NCBI GenBank assembly: GCA_039096225.1 | Contig: JBBPEB010000021.1 | Coordinates: forward strand, 434,001-498,000 | Reading direction: 5' to 3' | DNA: 64,000 bases | Source of the DNA: Blastocystis sp. Blastoise | Taxonomy: Eukaryota > Protista > Bigyra: Opalinata | Shown here: piece after piece, positions 27,635 to 43,156 of the stretch | Layout: each line of letters opens with the position of its first letter | How positions within the stretch are numbered: the first letter of the stretch is position 1 | Notes under the pieces: model-generated | Told to the model about the DNA's origin: nothing | What the model saw: the letters and a program-made list of their open reading frames with translations, nothing else | Databases searched by the model: none | Made by a program: the position numbers and the translations under genes

Positions 27635-28526
27635 TTATACTGGAATAAAGTCAATTTTAAATTCAGTATATTTAAATGTAATAGCATCAGTTAAGAGTTC
27701 TTTGAACATTACTTGATTAAGCCACAAACCACTAGAAGGTATAATTTGAATTTCACTAGGGAACGATATGTAGTAAAAAATGGAGATGGTTTTATCTGGT
27801 GGATTATCTGTGGATACACCTAATCTATCTAATGTATTTATAGGTAAATCAATTGATTTTAATAAAGATCTGAAAATAGTAATAAATACATCGGGACCAA
27901 TCCATGATATTTCTGGTTCAATAAAGGTAATAGATACTCCTAATATTTTATTAACAGGAATATCAACTGTTTTTATAGGAATTAATGAATAATCAAATTG
28001 ATTTTGTTTACAATAATATGATTCAGCATGGAAATTTTCACCATCGTCTGTTTGAGATATATGATAAGTATTTGCCGGAATAACAAGACTATCATCATCA
28101 GGATGATTACAATAACCAGTAGTATCTATTTCTGTTTTAGTATTTACAAGTGTTGATTTAGATTCAGTAGAAATAACAAGATTATTGCCAAATAGCATAT
28201 GATTCGGAACAAATTGTTTTGAAGAAGTATAATAAATAACACTAGAACCATAATAAACATGAAGAATAGAATTACTTGGCTATATATAAAATTTTTAAAT
28301 ATAATAAATATATAATAAATAATAATATATATAATGAAATACTTCATAACTGTTATTAGTATAATTAGTTGTAAGGAATAGATCTGTTAATTGATAAGGA
28401 TAAACTTTAATAAAAGATCTACATATAGGATATAATAGATCAAAAACATTTTCTGTTGTAGATGCTATTGTTGTAGAATAATCTAATATTTGCATTACTT
28501 TTCCTGAAGTTAAGAAAGGTCGAGAA

Positions 28527-28563
<37 letters not shown>

Positions 28564-31500
28564 TAATATAATAATAATATGGTTAAAATATAATAATAAT
28601 ATGATTAAAATAATATAATATATATACAACAAAGATCTTTATTAATTTCATCTGACCATTCAGCATTATTTGAAATATAATTACATGACGTATGATAATA
28701 ACCATATTGATTTTCATTTGTACAATTAGAAACACCATTATATCCAACATATGTATCAGGATATATAAAATTATCAATAGTTGTTTCATAACACATAACA
28801 TCATTAGATAAACATTGATGATCATAATAATATGTATCTTCACTACAACTATTACATGCATAATTATGACCATTTAATGTAGCAACTACACCATTTATAC
28901 ATTCTGTACATTGTGTACCATCATAATAAGTATATCCTGTACATTGAATACAATTATCTATATTAGGTTCACTCCATGTACGATCAGAATTACAATATCT
29001 GGACATTGTTCCAATATATCCTGTACTACAAGGAATTGTGACAGATTCTGAAGTAGGAGTTTTTGGCCATTCATTTTCTTCCATACAGTATGTATTTAAA
29101 ACTGTAATAGATATATCATATGTTTGTTCGTTATTATCACTATTTATAAAAGATAAAGTATATGTAGTAAGAGGAGAAATAGTAGTAGGTGTACCATAAA
29201 TTTTTTGAGAAGTAGTATCTAATGTAATACCATCAGGAAGATCAGGAGTTACAGTAACATCAGCATCTAAAGCATCTATAGTATAAGTTTGTTCATATTC
29301 ATAACCTTTTGTCATAATAATAGATTTATTCTTAAAATATAATTCTGAAGGTTTTTTCTTTTCACATGTATTACTTCCTTCACAGTTATAATATTCTTCC
29401 TCTCCACATTGACATTGGTAGTCACTTATATATCCTTTATTACATGTTTTTTGAGAATATAAGCCAGTAGCTGTTGGCGGGAATGTATCAACTTGACAAT
29501 ACATATAATATATATCATATTGTGGAATCAATTCTGTCATAGTCATTTTATTATTTTCAGTAATACTATCATCAGAACCACATTCAGTTACAATAACACG
29601 ATAAGAATTAAAACTTCTTTGATCATCTATACGTATACTATAGTAATCTCCTGAAGTTTGCATTCCAGTTTGTTCCATAATACGTGACCACGATTCTCCA
29701 TGATTATTCGATCCTTCATAAATAATAGATGTTGGTCTATAAGCTGGGCTTAATGAATTTTGTGTATCAATATATAATAAATTATTTCTATTAACTACAT
29801 CATCTTTATATGTAAATACAAATATAGTATTAACACATTCATGATTAACAAGAACATAAGAATTATATATATTATCATTTAATTTACTTAATGGATGATC
29901 AGGATCAACATCACCATTTACAGACCATTCACTATCAAATTTCAATTCTTCACTTTTTGTTAAATAACTAAGAGAAACACTAAATCTATTAGTTGAAGGT
30001 AAACTATTTATACATTTATGAATTTCAACAGAAATAATATTATTATCATTTATTAATAATTGTGGATCTAAATATAAACTTATAATAGATCTAACAGATT
30101 TATATTCGCTATATTCACATGTTGCTAAAGTATTAAATTCAACATCACCATCATGCATATTAATTCTTCTTATTTCTATTCCATTTAGATATATGATCAT
30201 ACCTTCATAAGTAATCATATTAAAATCTAATCTATCAATCTTACTAGGAAATTTTTTTAGATCAAAATGCATTCTATAATACTGAGTAATACTATCATTA
30301 GGTATAACAGGAAGAGAAGGAAGAGAAGGAGCTTTAGACCACATATTATCATTAAATGTATTTGTAGTCCATTGTTTAGGAGGATTAACATTATCATATG
30401 AATATACAACAGGCATTAATGTACTATCAGCTATAGTTCTTATATCAATTTGTAGATATTGGCGTTCATTTTTAAATTCAGAATGGAGTTTATTATTGAC
30501 ATAAATATAAGAATAAGTTGGTGTTACATAGTTATAACAATTCATACTAATATAATAAGTTCCAATATCTACACATGCATTAACATCTTCACTCTTTTCA
30601 TTATGATAATTAATTATACTATAAATAGAAGATGATGTATATATATAATCAAAAATATAAAAATAATCTCCAGAATTATCAAAATTTAAATGAACATTCA
30701 TTAAGTTCTTTGGGAATACACATGATTGAATTTGAATAGTTAGTTCATAATCAGCTGGACTATCACATATTGATGTAGCATGTATAATATATACAGTTTC
30801 TCCATCATTTCCATGTATAATACCAGAAATAGAACCAGTATTAGTATCAAATGTTAGTCCATCAGGAAGAGAAGGAGTAATAGTAAAATCATGATAATAA
30901 TCTGAATTCATAAATGATATAGATATAGTAGTATCATCATAAGCAGAATAAGGATTATAAGTAGTAGATAATAATGGTAATGATTCAGGATTTAAATTGT
31001 CAACAAAGAATTCTATCTCAAAAATATGATAATTTTGATTGATCATATTATTTAATGTGTTTTCCTTGAGCGTGATTTCTAAGTTATTTATACCAGAATT
31101 AACATTAGTCAAGAAGAAACATTTTCTTGTTGGATCATTAGCAGAGAATCCACCCAATACAACTGAGTGTTCATGACGATTACCATTTTCATCTATAGAT
31201 TCTATAATCCAAGAAATGGGTGTGTTTTCAAATGATTCGGGAATAGTCATACAATATCTATCGAAATATTTATGTCCATCATTAAATTTTATGGATATTA
31301 TAGGGTTTATCTGAGCTGATAGACCTGTTACAATTGTGTTTGAGAAATATGATAAATCCAATAATGCATTTAGATTACTGGTAAAGTCAACATTTTTTGC
31401 TGTTACCTCATAATCACTATAAACTGGAATGTTATTATCGACAAATATTAGAAGAGAAGCATCAAAAGATATATCAATAGTATGTTTCTTATCAAATAGT

Positions 31501-33748
31501 AATACAGAAATAGTAATAGTTTCTTGATTGTCAAATAGAGAGAGAGGACCTGTTGCTGTTTGTTCTATACTAGTAGAGGTACTTGCTGAATTTGCATAAC
31601 CATCTTTAAATCCATATACAGCGAGTTCATGATTATTTATATAGATCTTTATATTGGTGAGTGTTTTGAATTTTAATATAAAATACTTTTGATTAGCAAT
31701 AGAAGGAGTATTAATAGTTTTACGGAATACAAAATATTGATTAGCACCACTAGGAGTAATAGCAGTACTACCAATAACAGTAGACCAATTAGAATCATCA
31801 ACAGAAGATTCATACCATTTTGAAGGTATAGAATTATAAGTATTATATTTCCATTCAGAATTCATTAACATAGAATAAGCAGTATTAACATAATATGTTT
31901 CACGTGATCCATGCATGGTTCTCATTTTAGTGACAATGATAGCTGTATAACTAACATCATCTATTACTTTTGCAGTCACAGTTGATCCTTCAGACCAAAC
32001 ACCACTAGTTTCTTTTATTAATTCAAAAGACCAAGTACCTACAGGACCATAATATAAATAGTCTTGATCTTCATAACTATCTTGTACTATAGTGCCTATT
32101 TTATTTCCATCTCCTGATTTAATAATAACTTTTTCAGTAGAAGCATAATTTGTTGTAATTCTACTAACACGTAAATGTGCGCAACTTAAAGGATCACAAT
32201 CTATTCCAAAATTAAATATATAAACACCTGAAGAGCTGCCATCTTCACCATAATTATAGTGAAGATTATATTGAGTAGCTCTAATAACTGTAGGAATACC
32301 AGAAAGAATACAATTAGAAGATAAAGTTAAGCCAGCAAATAAAGGAGTAGATATTTGACAATTCGATAATGAAAGAGATAATATAGCAGAGAAATCAATA
32401 AATTGATTTTCTTCAAAGGCATTCATAGTATATTCAGGGATATCCTGTAGTCTTCGAGAGGCAAGCATAGAGAGGGTATTCATAGAATCTATAATATATA
32501 TATTATAAATGTATTTATATATATGTATATACCTTTAGAATCATTGATATAAGTAAGAATATCAAAAGAAGAAAGAAGTTCAGGACGATCAGCAGTAGTA
32601 TGTAATTCTATAGCTATTTTTAATATAGTTAGAGACACAGAGGAAGCAAATGATTCTTTAGGAACAATAGTACTATATATATTATAGAGTAATACTAATG
32701 ATATATATACTGTTTATAAGTAGGAATATCTTCGAGAGACTGAGAAGGAGTATTTTCATTGATTTTAGAGGATCTATAAATTAATAATATATAAAAGAAT
32801 AAATAATATAAAAATTAATAAATTAAACATACCCAGGTAATAAATAAGTATCCACTTGAATTCCATTTACATAAACAATATATCCACTTTGACTTTGAAT
32901 AGATAATTGAAGACCAGTAAAAGAGTTATCTACATAAATATCCTTTCTAAAATAAGTAGTAATTTCAGCATTCTTGATTTCTTTATTCTTATAGTCTTCA
33001 CCCCATTCTTCTATCTTACTTTCCTTCCAAGAAGCAGAATCAACAGAAGTAGAATATTTCCAATTCATTCTTGAATCAACAAGAGAAGATACTATATAAA
33101 TAATTTATATTAGATTAAGAGATAAGAAAACATATAGATAGATAAAAAAAGTATCTAAAATATATATATAATAAAAAATATAGAAATATATAATATACAT
33201 ATAAAAATAAGTTAAAAAATAATTATAGACATATAAAAAAGTTAAAGAAATAAAAATTACATACAGTTAAACTTAATCACTTTCTTTCCATTACCATCTT
33301 TATTCAGACTTGTTTTCACAAGAATGATTTCGTTATATGTCAACGTTATAAGCGATCCATCAGCCCACGTAGGAGAGTTCCTATAAAAATAACAATAAAA
33401 AACAAATAATTACATGAATATACTTTGACATCAATTCTAGATTATAATCAGTATGTCCATCGATACAGACTTTATAATCAACAACTGTATCTTGAGAAGC
33501 ATCAGATTCATCATTAAAAGCAAGAGTATTTCTTAAATTAGCAGAATCACCAGAATAAAGTTGAATGATTTCACCAGCATTCTTTGCGTATTTTCTTTGA
33601 AGAGTAGCTTCATATTCACCATATGGGCAGGCATAAACAACTATAATAAATTAATAAAAAAGAAATTTAGAATGAAGATAAGTATATGAGATATAAGTGT
33701 ACCCATAAAAATAAATGTAAAAACAAGTATCTGCTTATAGTAATTCAT
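27635..33748 (-). CDS. Large secreted/surface mosaic protein: signal peptide, galactose-binding-like repeats, putative-Ig repeats, Cys-rich modules
   Basis: Signal-like MNYYKQILVFTFIFMVVYA. Three W..F/DD..W / YFR..F / IYxNGxE modules. Three LPDG(L/I)TxDxxTGxIxG-like putative-Ig units. A C..WPKT..C..GY.G...RYC...W..P...C module. One exon of about 3.9 kb (28628-32488). Confidence 0.8.
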
Positions 33749-35897
33749 TTTATACTGTTACTGATAAAAAAACAAGTAAAAATAAATATGTGTAAAAACA
33801 AACCCCTTCTATAGACTGTTTATACAGAATAAACATCAATAAAACTCGAGAAACCATCATGTTATTCATATAAGATATAGACCAATTGAAGGGAATATGT
33901 ATATCACTGAACAGTTTTATTTATCAATAATGACACATCTATCAAATAAGGTGCCATAAAAAACACTGTTAAATAATAAATACCATACTAAAGAAGTTTT
34001 TATGTATGCTTTTTCACATAAAAAAGTGAGATTTGTTTGTAAAAAATGTGGAGAAAATTTATATTTAGGGTCAATTTATATTTATGAATATGGATAAAAA
34101 GGGACTTTAAAAAAAGAAAAAGAAGATATCGTCGAGGACTAGCCACGATTATTCTTATAGTAGATTCTTTTCTGGAAACTTGAAGCTCTTTATGAAGAAG
34201 GCAGAAAACTAAGTATTCTTAGTGTTAGTTGGTGATATCATGTATATCTAAAGAGAAATCTATGTATACAAGAAGATAACCTTCAAGAAGGTGAATGAGC
34301 GAAACAAAATTACTACTTTAGCAAATTTGTCCCGATATTCTTTAAACAATCAAATTCAATTATTTATATAATGAAATAAATAATGAAGCATATTAAAATA
34401 AAGGAAGATCTTCTAAAAAGAGTACATTTGTTTTAATTGCCTTTCTAAAGTTATTTAAGTTTTTTTTAAATATATACTAACTTTCCACAGATAATATTAT
34501 ATACTCACAATATATCTACGTGGATATCAATGTAAACTATTTTATTTTATTATTAGTCATAGTAAAAACATAATTATTTTAATCTCTAAATCATCAATTT
34601 ATATTGAACATATAATGGTTAATTCTATAACCTAAAATAAAGTTATAACAAAACAATTAAAATAAAAAATGATTTGGATTGTTTGAATAAAAATATTATT
34701 TGCATCAGTACTTTGATCTAAAGTCATAATTCTATACCATGCAGCAGTTATCATCAGAATTTGTAACGCAATGTTCTATTTTAGTATATATATATATTTA
34801 TTATGGATTCAGTCAACTTAAGTCTTGCTAAAAATGACAGTCAGTTATTCGCATTATAACTTTTCGCAATAGTGATTGAAAGGTTTGAATAAATTATATT
34901 TTAATAAGCATAAATTATTTTCCTTATGTTTTCTTCATTGATTCTTATATATTTATGTACAAATTTTGAATTACAATTATATATTTGCATTTATTTTTAA
35001 AAAATATGAGATAAAAGTGTTGAATCTTCATTGCTATTATTATATAGATTATAGCAATTCAAATAAAGAATGTGTATGAATAAAATTGTTGAAAAGTAAA
35101 ATGATAGTCTTACGTTTTGTTTCAGATCATGTTGCTCTTTCATTATCTATATAGTATACGCTATATTTTTGAATGTTAAGAATATATAATTTGAGAGATT
35201 TGATAAATACAATTTATTTTTTTCAAAAAAGGAAATACAATATCAAAATGTATTAGAATTAGATATATATTATTCAAATACAAACAAAAAACATCTTAAC
35301 GACATTATTATACTAGTGATAACAAAAATAACAACATGATACTAGCTAACTTTATTTTTTTCTATGTTGTATATCTTTATTGAATTATTTATAATCACAA
35401 ATAGAATTAAACAATGTGTTTTGTGGAATAACACTTGAAAATATAATAGTATTGAAACAAGAATCTATTTGTTTATGTTATTTATAAATAGTGGATTCAT
35501 TCTCTATTTAAGAAACATACTATTATTAGTTTTAAGGTGTGTATAGCTTTGCTATAATAAAAAACAAAATGAATTCTTCTATTCCCATGATTATTTTAGA
35601 TTCACGAAGGATATAATATGAAGCAAAAAAAAGTCACAAGATTATATGACAACTACTCTTTGATCCAATTAAATTAAAATTATGAATATAAACGTAAGAA
35701 TAGTTCAATATTGATAAATAATCACAAAAATATAAAAAAAAACTTTTAAAAAATGAACTGAGTTCCATGAATACAACAGAAATCAAAAAAGAAAGACTAC
35801 ACCATTTATAGGATTAAAGGTACTTTTTGTACAGATGTTCATGTCCTATTATTTTAATTATTTTTTATTTTAAAAGACTTTTCTTAACACTAAAAAT

Positions 35898-36814
35898 ATG
35901 GCAAAAGGAATTGGTAAAGGAAAAGATAGTGACGATGATTCTTGTTGTTCTTGCTGTTGTGCTTGTATTGGATGCATAATTCTCACACCCTTTTTCTTAA
36001 TTATATTTGGATTCGCTCTATTATTCACTGAGAATACTCGTGTACAAGATATTCTATCTTATAACAACCTAACTTCTAAATGGGAAGAATCAGTTGAAGA
36101 CTTCTCACATACTTCTTTTCGTGTTAATGGACAATTAATGGAACAAATTACTTGGGCAACAGGAAGTTATTATCCTGTTCGTGATTCTTGTGATAAAGAT
36201 GGAGATCCTGAAGGTGGATGTAAATCAGCACAAGTAGCATATTATAAGTTAAATTCGAAAACTTATGATGGATATTTTTCTCTTACCAACTCTCAAGATG
36301 ATGTGATTTATTATGCTTCATATCCTCGAGTAAAAGTTCAAATACTAAGTAAACTAGATTTATTATGTCTTGATGAGCCGTAAGTTTTTTTTTATATTAA
36401 TTATTTTTTTTTATTATTAAAGTATAATTTTTTTTCTATTAATTAATTATATATATATAGTATGGATTGCAGAGAAAATTGTGAAGATAATCATGGTGGT
36501 GATTATTCAAGTGGCGAATGCCGTATTACTGAATATCTTAATAGAATAACTATTCGTGTTTCAAAACAAAACTCTACATATACTGTTGACAAAAACCCTG
36601 CATATCCTTTTTATCCTAAGGATAAATATGGTTGTTATTATTCAAATGATTATGATATCACTGAATATTCCATGTCACCTAGTTCTGTTCTTATAGAAGT
36701 ATATATGTTTGTGTTAATACTATATATATTTATTCATTTTGCTTTTATTTGTAATCATTATTATTTGATATTTTTAATATGGATAATAATAATTATACTT
36801 ATGGTAATAATAAT

Positions 36815-36850
<36 letters not shown>

Positions 36851-37071
36851 TTTATAATGAATATAAGAATATATAATTATTATATATATAAAGATAAGAC
36901 ATAGTGCTGATGCTTATTTACTTGCTGATTATTATACAAAAGGTTGTTCTTCTACATCTACGAATAATAATAATGCTGCTGAGTGTTTTGGTAGTTCATC
37001 AGAAGAACAAATTTTTGCAGGATATGCAAGTCTTATTCTTGGTTTTATTATACTAGTTATTTATATTTGTG

Positions 37072-37107
<36 letters not shown>

Positions 37108-37656
37108 TTATTAATTAATTTACTATTATTTATTTATTTCTATTATTTATTTATTTATGTATTATTATTTCTTTAATATTCTTTATTTATTTAATATTAT
37201 TTATTTATTTAATATTATTTATTTATTTAATATTCTTTATTTATTTATTTATTTATCTGTTTTATTAATATACATTTACAATTGCTCCCAATAATACGAA
37301 TAAATAACTTTTTTTAACATAATTATTATTTATAGATAATAGTAGCTATTTGTGCATGCTGTAAATCTTCATTTAATAAAAAATATGGAAAGAAAATACA
37401 TAAGAAAACAAAGAATTCTTCTCAGATCCAGAATAATATGAATAATGGTATTGTTGTTCCTACCGTTTCTCCTATTCCTACAAATTATGCTACTCAACCT
37501 TATCCTGCTAATAATAATATAAATTCTTATCCTACTGCTCAACCTATGAATCCTTCTATTCCTGTAGCTCAAACATATAATAATTATCCAATTGCTCAAC
37601 CTTATACTGATAATAATAATTTCATTCCTACTGCTCAATTCAATCATACTATGTAA
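35898..37656 (+). CDS. Two-TM protein with a Cys-rich luminal/extracellular domain and a Pro/Tyr-rich tail
   Basis: N-terminal CCSCCCACIGC plus TM1. About 250-aa loop with many Cys. TM2 'YASLILGFIILVIYICIIVAICACC'. Tail of repeated (Y/F)P(T/I/V)AQP units. 4 exons. Confidence 0.7.
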
Positions 37657-38204
37657 ATAGTATATTTATTTTTCTACAGTTATTTCTGACTCTAATTAAT
37701 CTAATACTTAAAACATTTTTTATACATAAAATAATCAATTATAAATAATTATTTTACTGTTCTTTCATAATAATTATACATTTATTTCCTTCTCTATGCA
37801 TCACTTTATTTACTATATATTTTCACTCAAAAATATATATTTTATTTAGAAATTTATTAATAATAACTTTTGTTCTATTAAAGCTTTAATTCTTAACAAA
37901 TACGTTGCTAATTTCATATTTTTTAAATAAGAGAAATCATTTTTATTATTCATTTTGATAAAAAAAATGTATTTATTGATTTAAGAAACATAATAGTATT
38001 ACTATAAATTGTTTAAAAACAATAAACCTTAAAGAAATAGATACATCAATAAATAATTTTAATAATTAATGAAATAATAAAGAAAACAAATATTTTTGTG
38101 CAATATAATAAAAGAAAATGATATAATTAATTATAAGAATATATTATAGTTAAATTGATATTAAAAACATTATTTTTATAAAACAATAGTAATATATAAA
38201 GTAT

Positions 38205-39946
38205 TTAAGTTTTTCCCCATACTTCATAATCTTCTACAGTAAAATTATTTTGTGTATTAGAATCATTTGTATTTACAAATAAAGAATGTTTTTGAGGTGT
38301 ATTTTTATATTCAAATAAACGTGCATGACAATAAGAAGATGTATTATTATGACAATCATCATATATACATATATCGCTGCCACTTCCAAATTTAGGACCT
38401 AAAGAAGAATGACAATGTATACCATATTGACTATTCTTATCAATAGGATCATATTTGGTAGGAGGAATATTATGTTCATTACTTAAAGTAAATAGAAATT
38501 CTTTAGAATAAGATTTCCAACCTGTGTAAATTATAATCATAAATATATAATTATCTAGAAGAAATATATATTAGCATATATATATACAATTATCTGTTCT
38601 AGATTCCCAATTTTGATCTGTATATCCTCCAAATATATTCTCCTTATTATTATGACCTATATGTTTAATTATAGTTACTGTTTCTCCTTTATTATCACAA
38701 TATTTATGGAATTCACTGACTCTATAATTATGTTCACTTGCTCTATATATTATAAAAATAATAAATAATAAATAATAATTATAATATAAATAATAATTAT
38801 ATTATAAAAAAAAATATATAATATAACTATAATAATATAAATAATAATTAATATAAATAATAATAATATAAATAATAATAATATAATAAATAATTATAAT
38901 ATAAATAATTATAATATTTATATTACAAAATATAAATACCTAAATAATAATTTCCATGTCTTTTCTTTACCTAACCAATTGATTAAAGGTATTGATAATT
39001 CTTTATTTAATATAATAGAATCAATAAACTGTATTTGATTGATGATTTCCTTTATAATGATTCTTCCTTGATCACCAAATATTTCTATCATCTCATTCTC
39101 TAATAATTTTATATCATTATTATTTATTTTCTTTTCTTCTATATTTATTGTTCCATTCATAATATATTCTTTTATATACTCAATATACTTATACTTCTTG
39201 TTAATATATAAATAATTATGTATTTCATCGTAATCTACATATCCATTATCATAATTCATTATATATTTATTCCATGATTTATTCTGTATTAAATAATCTT
39301 TTATTTTAGAATTTCTCTTCCCATTTATAATCAACATAATTTCTTCTTCATCCTTCTGTTCATATTTTCTTCTATTCTTCTTTCTTTTATTTTTACATTC
39401 TATCAACTCTAGAGGAATAGGCAAACCACAAAATTCAAATAAATCTAATACTCCTAATTGTTCTTCATATTGCATATTATTGAAATCTATCTGATTATCG
39501 TTCAAATAATCTAATAAATAATAAGCCCATACATCATTTCCATTATAATCAAGAGAAATAATACCATCTTCTGCATGAAGCAGGTCAGAACTCTTTTCTT
39601 CTATATAGGAGCCTTTTAAATTATTCACAATGGCTTTTGATAATCTGAAAACCGGACCATTCTTTGTAAAACGAATTAAACACATATTCTTATCATTATC
39701 TAATATTTTTTGAATCTCTATATCTCTTTTTGTTTTTTGTTGAATTGCAGGAATAAGTAAAGAGAACGATCTAGAGCATCTCCATTGATTACAATCATTA
39801 TGTATATCATTTATATGATTTGTAACATCTATTTCTGAATGACTACATAAATGCACTGATGAAGAATTCAAGTTTATCATGTTTTTTATGAGTTCTATAC
39901 TCATGGAGATATATTCCTTTATCTGATTTAACTCGTTGATATCCAT
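38205..39946 (-). CDS. BTB-like plus TLDc domain protein (paralog 2)
   Basis: Same architecture and intron positions as 17482-19091 (IRFT.NGP.F.LSK, WLGKEK.WKLLFR, KSYSKEFLFTL, GPKFG, VEDYEVWG). Confidence 0.9.
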
Positions 39947-40730
39947 AATATATTAATAAACAGAAACATTATGCCTTTTATCGTAAAATACTAGGTTTAA
40001 TCATTGTTAGTTTACATAAAAACTAAACACAAAGCCTAATTTATTTTTATTACATTGTTTCTTATATTATATAAATATAAGTGGTTTTGTGACATAATAT
40101 TTACTTATTTGTATATGACAAAAATAATAATAATTGAAAAAAACACGTAGTCATTATTGAAGAAATGACTGTGAATTTAATTTATATTGTTAACAGATAT
40201 TCAGTGTAATATTCAAACATAAAAAAGAAATAAAAATTGCTATAAATAAGTAATTGTTATGTGTTTAATACCTTATAATGATGAAATGGTATCTGATAGA
40301 ACGATAAGAGACTATGAAAACAATTGGGTATATGAATAAAGTGACAAATAGTGATATATCTTATAATGAGTTTCAACCAAGTGTCTTTGGATTTCTATGA
40401 ATTGCACAATTTTTGATCAAGTAACGTTTTTCTTACGCTTCCACAAACTAATAATAATAGATTTCACTGTGTTAGTTAGTAATTATTAGTAGAGAGTCAT
40501 GAAAATAATTATATATTGTATGCATTTTGATACATATCATTTGGCAAACACAAAAATAATGCTAATATATTTGACTTACACCATTACTATAAACAAAGAA
40601 ACTTCTTTAAAAATATTCCTTTTTTTACTGGAAATTTTTGAAAATGCCCTTTTGTTGTAGAAACTTTCATAAAATAGTTTTATTAGAAATACTTCTTCTA
40701 TTGATATATATTTTATAAAGATTTCCCTAG

Positions 40731-43118
40731 ATGGATCCCTTAGCCGAATTTATTGGAATAACAGATGCTGATAGTGAAACAGCGAATTATTATTTAGAGA
40801 TGGCAGACTATGATGTGAATGCTGCTGTGTCTTTATATTTTGAAAACAATCAGCCTGCAACATCTGCAGTAGAATCTCCTAAATATGAGGATCCTAATGA
40901 CTATATGCGTAGTGATTCTCCTATACATGATTATAGTCCTTCTTATGATGATTCTTATGATTCACCTTCAGATAGGAAAGCTGCTGATGACCTTTACGAT
41001 TCGTATATATTTGATATAATTTATTTATTTTTGTCAAATTTTATAAGATTACAATTTTTATAATATATATTTATTTATAGTCAAGGTGTGTTAAAACCAA
41101 TAGAACAGAAAGTTGAACGACTTGTAGATAATAATGAAATGTTTGGTATATATTTATTTATAAGTTTTAAACGATGAATTGAATTGTTTAAAATAGAGTT
41201 ATTATTATTATTATTATTTATTTATATTTATTATTTAATATAGGCTTTCCGAATCAAGTTCAAATTAATTCAATTCCTTTTGAAGATTTTTCAAATATGA
41301 ATACTCATGATGGAGGTATATTATTATTTATTATTTATTATTTATTATTTATTATTTATAATTATTATTTATTATATATTATATATTATTTATTATATTA
41401 TGTTATTATTTATTATTATTTATTTATTATTTATTATTAATTATTTATTATTTATTATTTATAATTATTATTTATTATTTATTATTTATTATATTATGTT
41501 ATTATTTATTATTATTTATTATTTATTATTTATTATTTATTATTTATTATTTATTATTTATTATTTATTATTTATTATTTATTATTTATTATTTATTATT
41601 TATTATTTATTATTTATTATTTATTATTTATTATTTATTATTTATTATTTATTATTTATTATTTATTATTTATTATTTATTTTTTATTATTTATTATTTA
41701 TTATATATATTATTTATTATATATATTATTTATTATATATATTATTTATTATTTATTATTTATTATTTATTATTTATTATTTATTATTTATTATTTATTA
41801 TTTAATGCATATTTTTATAGGAATGGATGAATATTATAGAAGTCAATCTAGTTATTTATTTACAGGCACTATTAGTCAAGTATATATTATATATTATTAT
41901 TTTTTTTTATGTATTTAATATTATTTTTATTATATAGGCTCAAGAAAGTGCAAAGAAACAGAATAAAATATTACTTATTAACATATATGTATGAATATGA
42001 TAAACATATTATGATTTATTTATTTAATATATATATATGACCCAAGTGATTTTACAAAGACGTCAATAAACCGAAGTGTATTTGAAGATGAATGTATACA
42101 AGACTTATTAAGAGAATCATTCATTTTTTGTCAAGTATATATTTTTAGTATTATTATTTTTATTATTATTTTTAATATATATTTACATGTTTATTATTTT
42201 CAGTATATATTAAAATATTAATTATTATTGTATATATTATTATATTATATATATTAAACTATTATTATTATTATTCTATATGTCTATTATTATTATTATA
42301 TATAGTTGAATGGTACTACTCGTGAAGCTCAACAGATACTATCAGCTTATGGATATACCTCTCTTCCTGTAGTCTATTTCCTGTTCCCTCCTTACTGGAA
42401 TCTATTAAAACAATTACAAGTGTCATTTACTGCAGAAGATGTACTATTAGCTAGTATATATTATCATTATTATTATATAAGTTATTATTATTAACTAATA
42501 TATATATATTATTTATTATAAATTATTATTATTAACTAATATATATATATTATTTATAAATTATTATTATTAACTAATATATATATATTATTATCATATA
42601 AATTATTATCATAAAAATTATTATATTTCATTTCAATTATTATATTTATATATATATAGTGATTGAATCTTTAGAAATGGATACTTCTGGTTTTAGCGCG
42701 CCTTCTGCTAATGGCGGGCAAGATAATTATGAAGCTCCCCCTCTACCTGAAGACATGAATACATTTTTGAATATTCCCGCGGAAAATAAGAATAATACTC
42801 CAATAGATATTGATATAGATATGACTAAATATATCGATAGTGATGATGATAATAAATCAATTGATTCCAACAAAATTATTATTCCTCAAAGTGATACTAC
42901 TATTTCAAGTGTGTCACCTATGTCAACCAATGAAATTCAAGATGTAAAAGACACAAATAATCATAATACTTTTACTGTATATATATATATATTATTTTAT
43001 TTATATGCATTAATATATATATATATATATATAGTTACCAGAATGTCCTTCTATTCCATCAAATATACCTTCAAGTATATATAATAATATATATTATATA
43101 TAATAATAATATATGTTA

Positions 43119-43156
<38 letters not shown>

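Noticed and set aside
27780-27992. Antisense ORFs over real exons (also 17987, 20604, 37369, 45260, 47636, 48399)
   Set aside because: They are shadows of coding exons on the opposite strand.
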